Part shown: in pieces, positions 7,721 to 14,889 of the stretch
Layout of the letters: every line of letters begins with the position of its first letter
How positions within the stretch are numbered: position 1 is the stretch's first letter
NCBI GenBank assembly: GCA_001179505.1
Contig: CDMY01000862.1
Coordinates: forward strand, 1 to 14,889
Source of the DNA: Vitrella brassicaformis CCMP3155
Lineage: Eukaryota; Protista; Chromerida
Direction: 5' to 3'
DNA: 14,889 nucleotides
Notes under the pieces: generated by a model
What the model was told of the DNA's origin: nothing
Database searches by the model: none
What the model saw: only the letters and a program-made list of their open reading frames with translations
Translations under genes and position numbers: made by a program

Positions 7721-10494
7721 CGACGCTGCCGAGGGCTGTGGACGGTGGTGCAGCTGATGTGGATGTGAGTGACATCAGTCGTTCGAGGGTGTCACGCGGC
7801 ACACTGCAGGAGATCGGGTCGCTCATCAAGTCGTTCGGGAGGGTGGGCGCACTCGACCGGTGCTGGCAGTACTGGAATGAGCTGCGTCAGACCGGCACCC
7901 CACCTCCAGCGCACATTCTTACCATCATGGTGTCGGCACTCGCCAACAACGGACAGGTGGGTGCTGCCATGGACTTATTGAGGAGCCTGGAGGGAGATGC
8001 CAACCCTGCAGTGCGGGCGAGCGTCAACGAGGTGCACTACTCGCGCCTTCTCACGGCTCTGATTCGCGGGGACCGCTTCGACGAGGCCCTTGCTCTGTTG
8101 TCTGAGTGGCGGCAGCGGCAGACCGGCCATGGTGAGGGCCCACAGCAGGGAGCCACGCGTGTGCTGTTCCACACCATCCTGGACGCACTGGCGCGTATGG
8201 AGTCCTACGAGCAGGCCGAGTGGGTGGTGGGCCACATGGGCAGGGAGGGAGTGCCGCCCTCACACCTTTCGTACACCATCCTGCTGCGGGCCTGTGAGGG
8301 CAGGGGCGACGGCGGCAAGGCCCTCCGGCTGCTGCAGGACATGTATGACCGCCACATCGACCCTGACAGTGAGGTGTACGAGGCTGTCGTGTCGGCGCTG
8401 GCCGGCAGCCCTGTGGACCTGACCCAAGACCTCACCGAGACCGCCATGGGCATCGTGGCCGACATGGAGGAGCGGCACGTGCCCGTCACGGCGGCTATCC
8501 TCATCCCTCTCCTCAAGGTCTTCGCCAGATGCAGAAAACTACTCAGGTGAACCAACGACTCAACGAAGAGGGAGACACGCCAAGGACAAACAAACGTGTC
8601 GTGGGTAACTCGTCGTGTGTGATTGGATTGTGTCTGTCAGGGGTGTGGAGGTGTGTGAGGACCTCGCTGATGCGTACGGCATGGCCCCCTCAACCACCCT
8701 CTACCAGCACGCCATCCGCGCGGCATTCGATCAAGGCAGCACCGACACACCTGACCTCCTCCTGAAGCGCATGCACGCCAGAGGGGTGCTCTTGTCACAG
8801 GCCGTCTACGACACCCTCGTCGACGGCTATGCACGCAACAAGCGGTTCGAGGAGGGCATCAGCACCATCCGTGAGGCCTTCGGACTGCCGCAAGGAGGAA
8901 CAGGCAGCGCGGCCCTTGGGGGCCATGAGGGCGTGAGCGACAAATCACTGCTGCAGTTCATCGCCCAGATGATCGTCGAGCGAGGCGACGGTGCGGTGGA
9001 CGGGCTCCTGCACGAACTGCGGCACTATGCTGGTGTGGTGGTGGATGGCGGCGCACTGGACCGCTGTGTCCAGAGGGCGCGGGAGGCCGCCACTGCCAAA
9101 GCGGCCGAGGATGAGCTAACACCACTGAGTACCCTTGTGTCAGCCAACGGCCACGGTGGGCAGACAGCGGCAGGAGGGAGTGGGAGGGGTCCATTTAGTC
9201 GGTCATTGGGTGCCGACGCTGCGTCTCGAGCACGGCAGCTGGTGACAGCTCTGCGGTCCGAGCCGTCAGTGCAGGGTGCGGGCGGTGCGCAGAAGATCCG
9301 TGTGGGCGTGCTGGGTGCGTCGGGGTACACGGGGGCCGAGTTGGTGCGGCTGCTGCTCAACCACCCAATTGTGGACATCCAGCTCCTCACGGCCTCTCAG
9401 CGGTCGGCAGGGCAGACACTGGGCGCCGTGTACCCCCAATTCGACTATGTCAGCCAGGCAGCTGACTTGCCGCGGCTGATGGCTTTGGAGGAAGCTTCGG
9501 AGCTCGGTGAGGGCGGGGTGGATGTGTCGAGTCTTGATGCAGTCTTCTGCGCCCTGCCGCATGCCAAGACACAGGAGTTCGTCAAGGTTTTGCCGGCCAG
9601 CGTCAAGGTGATCGACCTGTCGGCTGACTTCCGCCTCATGGACACCGACACTTACGAGCAGTGGTATGGCAAGCCACACGCAGCCCCAGACCTGCAGGCG
9701 ACGGCTGTCTACGGGCTGCCAGAGCTGCATCGGACAAAGGTGGAGGGCGCCCGCATTTGTGCGAACCCTGGTTGCTACCCCACGCCCGCCCAGCTGGCGC
9801 TGTGTCCGCTGCTGTCGCATGAGTCTGGTCCCCTGATCGACGCCGACAGCATCATCATCGATGCCAAGAGTGGCGTCACGGGCGCCGGCCGGGCGCCCAA
9901 ACAAAACACACTCTTCTGCGAAGGTACCGTACACTGATCGTGAGCATGCTCAAGTTACCATCCACCGATCCATCCGTGTGCTGTGCACGACTCTGTGTGT
10001 GTGTGTGTGTGTGTGCGTGTTGGCTGGCGCATGCAGTTGCCGATGGGATGCATGCGTACGGTGTGGCGGCCCACCGGCACGCGCCCGAGATCGAGCAGGG
10101 CCTGTCGGAGGCCGCCGGCCGCCCGGTGGTCGTCAACTTCACGCCCCACCTCGTGCCGCTCAGCAGGGGCATATTCGAGACCATGTACGTCAAGATGCGG
10201 GACGGCGTGACGGCAGAGACTCTCAAACAGACCCTGGCGGACAAGTATGCACCGGAGCCGTTTGTGCACGTGCTGGAGGGCGCCAAGAGTGTGCCCGAGA
10301 CGCGTCACGTGAGGGGCAGCAATGTGGTGGCAATGAACGTGTTTGCGGATCGGATAAGTGGTCGTGCCATCATAACGGCGGTGATGGACAACTTGTGCAA
10401 GGGTGCGAGCGGCCAGGCGGTCCAGAACTTCAACATCATGTTCGGCCTGCCCGAGACCACCGCACTCAGCGGACAGCTGCCACTCTTCCCATGA
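7510..10494 (+). CDS. argC: Fusion protein, 925 aa: signal and transit peptide, about 9 PPR repeats, linker, N-acetyl-gamma-glutamyl-phosphate reductase (ArgC, type 1); exons 7510-8546, 8641-9923, 10037-10494
   Basis: GT-AG introns 8547-8640 and 9924-10036 join all three exons in frame (2778 nt). PPR-like motifs of about 35 aa, e.g. SYTILLRACEGRGDGGKALRLLQDMYDRHIDPD and VYDTLVDGYARNKRFEEG. ArgC motifs: KIRVGVLGASGYTGAELVRLL (NADPH binding, from 9293), FCALPH, IDLSADFR, ANPGCYPT (catalytic Cys at 9773-9775), DAKSGVTGAGR, HRHAPEIEQ, DNLCKGASGQAVQNFN. Confidence 0.92.
9994..10015. repeat. Intronic (TG)n microsatellite
   Basis: TG run in intron 2 of PPR-ArgC, about 20 nt upstream of the acceptor at 10036. 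Confidence 0.9.
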
Positions 10495-10939
10495 GAGAAT
10501 GATTGCACTTCTGTGTGAGGGCTGTGATCGATGGACAGGCCTTGCCCGAATGCATATTTGCATGGGCAATCGATCGTATGGATGGATGGATGGTGGGCGG
10601 TGGGCAGGCGACGATTCCGGAGGGCGTGTCTTCTTTCCTCCGTGCGTGTCGGTGCGATGGATGTTTGGTGGCGTCAGTGAGTCAAGTGACTCAGGCGGGC
10701 TGCGGTTTACGCAGGGATGCATCGACTGGACGAATGTGATTGATCTGTGGATCATCCATCAGTCGGTCGACTGACACGCAGCAAACAAAAGATGAGACGA
10801 GAGTGAGAGTGGTATTGACAAGTAAGTGTCCCTCCCCTAAACACACACGAGCTGAATGTGGCCGGTTAGCTACACTAACACCCACACCTGTCTGTCTGTC
10901 TGTACACACACGTGCACCGCACCCACGCCATGGATCACC

Positions 10940-13900
10940 TCACAGTCTCCCCCAGCTAGGCAGTGGGCTGTCAGAGGGACTCGAGCCTCCCCCTCCGATG
11001 TCCTGCGTGCTCTCTTCATCGTCGCCAAGGGGCATCATCACCTGCGCCAACTCCACCCTACCCAGCCGCGTGTAGCACCGCGCCTCCCTCAGCCCCACCA
11101 CAATCCCCCGGGGTGTGCCGGGCTCGTCACCTCTGAAGTCCTCAGGGTCAGCAACATCCATGTCACGGCGCCAAAACCCACGCACACGCCTGATGGATGG
11201 ATACATACACACACATACGAGGCACACGCAGCAAGATGTAAGTGAGTAGTGCTGGCAGTCGACGGAGTGGAGTGCTGCCTGGCGGCCAGCCGAGCTCAGC
11301 TGTGGGAGGGGGGACTCACTGACTCACTCACTGGATAGCTCGTGCGGGCGTGAAGTCTTTGCACTCCCACATGCAGCCCGTGGCCTCCCCCTTGAAGCGG
11401 CTGAATCGCTTCTTGACGTGAGCAGGCCTGCAGCCACTCACACACATGGCCATCACGGCACGCACAGGGAATGAATGCACTAATGGTTCGACCGATTGAT
11501 GGATGCGACAATGAGTGAGTGAGAGTGTGGCCCTGCCTCCCTGCCTCCCTGGCTGGCTGGCTGGCTGGCTGGCTGTCCGTCGGCACATACATGCATACCT
11601 GCTGTATATTTCCCATGCAGTGAGGTTGGTGAGCAGGAGTCTGAAGTTGCGGAGGCACAGCTGCGACACGAACCACACCCACACCAAGTCAACACCGCAC
11701 ACAAACGCCAGCAGTTGACAACGCCACTGAATGAACACCACACACACACAGACCCAGACACACACACACAATGGGCTCTGCTTGCTCTATGTGTGTGTGT
11801 GTGTGTGTGTGTGCTGTCTGTGTAGCTACCTCTGCAGGTTCGAACCAGGGTGTGTCTGCGTGCATGACGATGTGTGTGTAGTAGAGCCACACGGCGGGGT
11901 AGGTGAGTACGATGCCCAGCCAGCAGAAGAAGATGAAGGTGAAGAACACCCGCTGGTTGCCCACACCAACCGCGTTGTCCACCCACGGACAAAAGTGGTC
12001 GAAACGCCTTACACACACACACACACGGATGCCCCTGTGTGAGCTGTGTATGCCAGGAGTTCGGGTGTGTGTGTGTACCTACCTGATGGTTCTGCCGACC
12101 TCCTTGCAGTAGTGCACGCGGGGCGTCTTGACGCTCTGGGGAATCAACATGATGCCCTACTCGTGTCACGCCGGACAGCCACACAGGTAAGCATATACAC
12201 CACAGGCCGATTTGTCTCTCTTTTTCAGGTGTGGTCTGGTGTGGATTTACTTTGAGCTTCCCCGTGAGTATGTTGTTGAGGTATTCGCCCCGCCCTTGGG
12301 CGATCAGCCGCTGCCGACGCTCGGACGACACACCCGCCATCAACCAACGCATACGACCCTGCACACACGTACACACACACACACACACACAGACAGACAG
12401 AGAGAGGAGATGACTTGTGTCCGCCAGCCCCCACAACTTCGCCCTCTCTCTGTATCTGTCTGTCTGAGGTACCTCGATGTCCCGTATCTGCTGTTGCTTG
12501 TCAGCACTGAGCTCGTAGAATGATCCGTCGGGCACGTTGTCAGTGTCGGTGTTGCCGCCCAATGACGATGTCACCGGCGGGATTGGCTGCTGGACCACCA
12601 CACCCACAGGTGACAGGGGCTGCTCGAAACCATCTTCCTCATCGTCTGCTTGATCGTCCTCCTGCTGCTCGTGCTCCTCGTCTTGATCTTGCTCATGGTG
12701 GTCTTGGCTGTCTTGCTCCGTGTCCGCCTCTTCCTCTCCCTCTCCTTCTCCCTCTTCCTCTCCCTCTCCCTCCACCTGCGCCTCCACCTGCACCTGCCTC
12801 TCCACCTGTGTGTGTTGGTTGCCGTTATCCATGTCCATGTCTTCATCGGGTGTAAGGAAGGCCAAATGACCGGCAGCCGGCTGCTGCTCCCTCGGTGATG
12901 CGTCGGATGAGAAGCCCAATGAGCCCCACCCCCATGTGGTGGTGTCTGTGTCGTCGGGCCAGTGGGAGGGAGAGGGGTCCGGTTCGGGCGGTAGGAGGGG
13001 CGTGTAGATGGCGTCGTCGTCCCTGCCCACCCTGCTGCTGGTAATGGTGGTGGTGGTGGTTGGCTTGGGCTGGGAGTGGCCTGAGGTGGCATTGGTCATC
13101 AGGTCCTCCGCACACCGCAGGGTGAGGCTGTGCAGGTTGCTGATAGATAAACTCAACCCAACCACACACAGGAGATGCGTCACGTGCGATGCGTCAACGT
13201 TGTCCCATAGATACATACATTTCGGTGTGTTGGAGTGATTTCTCGTTGGGCCCCAGGTCATGGGGTGTGATCAGCAGCCGCGGGTTCTGCTCCAGCAGAC
13301 GCACGTCATCAGCCCACGACCTTTACACACACACGTAGATGAAATGAACGAACCACTCCCGTCAGCTGGTTCGGTCCAGCTGAGCTCAGCTGCACTTACC
13401 GTCCCGTCATGAGATGGAACTGTTTTCTGATCTCGATCTCGTCAGCAAAACCTGGATCTGACGTGTACGCTGCACATACATACATACGACACACATACAT
13501 ACAACCAACCGCACACGCGCACACACATCTATCTATGTTGTGGTATGTGGCTGGCTGGCTGGCTGGTTGATTGCATTGAGTGTGGCGTGTCCGGTCCTGA
13601 CAGGCCAGGCTGAGTGACTGACTGACCTAGCACCCACAGCACTTGCACCACCAGCCACATTAGTGCCCACGCCGCAAACATGGCCAGCACGCCGTCGTGG
13701 CCCTCGTTGAGACGAACATCAGTCGACGCTAACCTGACACACACAACACGCAGGGCCACACAGCCAGATGCACAGATGCGTGTGGTGTGGTGGATATGGT
13801 GGTCAGGTGGCGGCGTGCGGTGTGTTTGTGCTACGCGAAGACGAGGAAGCTGAATGCCTGCAGCCACACGTAGATCTGCAAGCCAACCACACACACATGC

Positions 13901-14889
13901 ACACAACACATCGTCAGAATGAGTGTGGGTGTGAGTGTGTGTGTGAGTGTGTTGTCGTGTGGTGGGTCCCTCCCTCCCTCCCGCCTCACCCACCCATGCG
14001 AATTGGTTGGTGAAGATCAGCGGTCTGTTGAAGACGCGGTGGTTGTAATGCCAACGCTGCATTCACCACCGACACACACGAGTGTCAAGTACCATGCCAT
14101 GCCATGCCGTCTGTGGTGTGTGTTTACTTTGAGGTTGAGTGGGAGGCAGCAGGCGGTGCTCCGCGATATCAAATAGGGCGACACACCTACTCACAGTCAC
14201 ACACATACAGAGGCACTGAAGCGTCTGTCGCTGTGCTGGTATGCAGCCCACCGCCTCACTAACCTCGGACATCCTTGTCGTTGGTGAGCATGACGCCGCC
14301 ATAGCGGACCAGTGTGGTGATGACCTCCTCGTCTACTCCATTCTTGACAGCCAAGTGAAGCGCTGTCCGACCTGCACACACAACACACAAAGCCCTCTCA
14401 CTTCAAGGGGCCACATCCCGTACGTCACGTCATGTCACGTGATGCATGGCCTGACTGACCGAGGAAGTCTCTGGCGCCCATGTATGCGCCTCTGGCGATG
14501 GCCCACTGCACCTGACGCACGTTGCCCCTCATTGCCGCAACCATCAACGGCGTACGGCCCTGTGTGACCAACACATACATACAACCAACCACCCAATAGC
14601 GAAGGACACACGTGGCCGGACAGACAGACAGACAGACAGGAGGGTGGCTGACCATACATACCATTCGGTCTTTCTCTTCCAGTGACGCACCGGCCAGCCA
14701 CAGCTGCACACATGACACCACAACGAGAGCACACCCCAAGCAGAACACCATCCATCCTGCTTGTGGCTGTGTGCATGCCATGCCATGCGTTGGTTGATTG
14801 CGTACGTATTCCATGACAGCAGTGGGTCCGTTGGGGTTGTCATCGTCGGTCTCCGCCGCGAACACACACATCATCGTCGGCTCGTGGTC
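10940..14889 (-). CDS. Ankyrin-repeat DHHC-family protein S-acyltransferase (Akr1/ZDHHC17-like architecture); at least 17 exons, 5' end probably beyond the window
   Basis: Phase-consistent exons: 14889-14806, 14703-14662, 14559-14460, 14371-14264, 14186-14128, 14056-13994, 13875-13835, 13733-13627, 13469-13400, 13320-13219, 13139-12473, 12358-12251, 12156-12083, 12007-11830, 11726-11599, 11427-11332, 11189-10940. Ankyrin repeats [13 protein letters not shown] and [12 protein letters not shown]; transmembrane helices; SDPG motif; [37 protein letters not shown]; TTxE-like NLTAWE. Confidence 0.9.
11551..11574. repeat. Intronic (GGCT)6 tetranucleotide repeat
   Basis: Read directly; a shorter copy lies in another intron of the same gene near 13548-13565. 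Confidence 0.9.

Noticed and set aside
8550-9292. PPR and ArgC as two separate genes
   Set aside because: There is no stop, no intron-like sequence and no second targeting leader between the domains. The 94-nt intron joins exon 1 in frame to the exon carrying ArgC.
11480-13261. 593-aa minus-strand ORF as a stand-alone protein
   Set aside because: It reads through several introns (VCVCVC and QPASQP come from microsatellites). Only parts are true exons of the DHHC gene.

Overview
Eukaryotic, GC-rich, intron-dense genomic DNA with short introns full of (CA/TG)n, (CATC)n and (GGCT)n microsatellites. The style suggests a chromerid alveolate such as Vitrella brassicaformis; this is inference, not a database match. 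I spliced five genes by hand with consistent exon phases. (1) Minus strand, 790-4283: a 16-exon secreted coiled-coil protein with a two-fold internal repeat. It carries an in-frame TAG and a 1-nt frameshift, so it is probably a pseudogene or truncated. (2) Plus strand, 4488-5914: DNA polymerase delta small subunit POLD2. (3) Minus strand, 6446 to about 7314: a minimal ALKBH8-like 2OG-Fe(II) dioxygenase. (4) Plus strand, 7510-10494: one 925-aa reading frame joining a bipartite plastid-targeting leader, about 9 PPR repeats and a complete ArgC (N-acetyl-gamma-glutamyl-phosphate reductase). (5) Minus strand, 10940 to beyond 14889: an ankyrin-repeat DHHC-family palmitoyltransferase with a DHFC motif. 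The standout is the PPR-ArgC fusion, an RNA-binding repeat tract fused to an arginine-biosynthesis enzyme.
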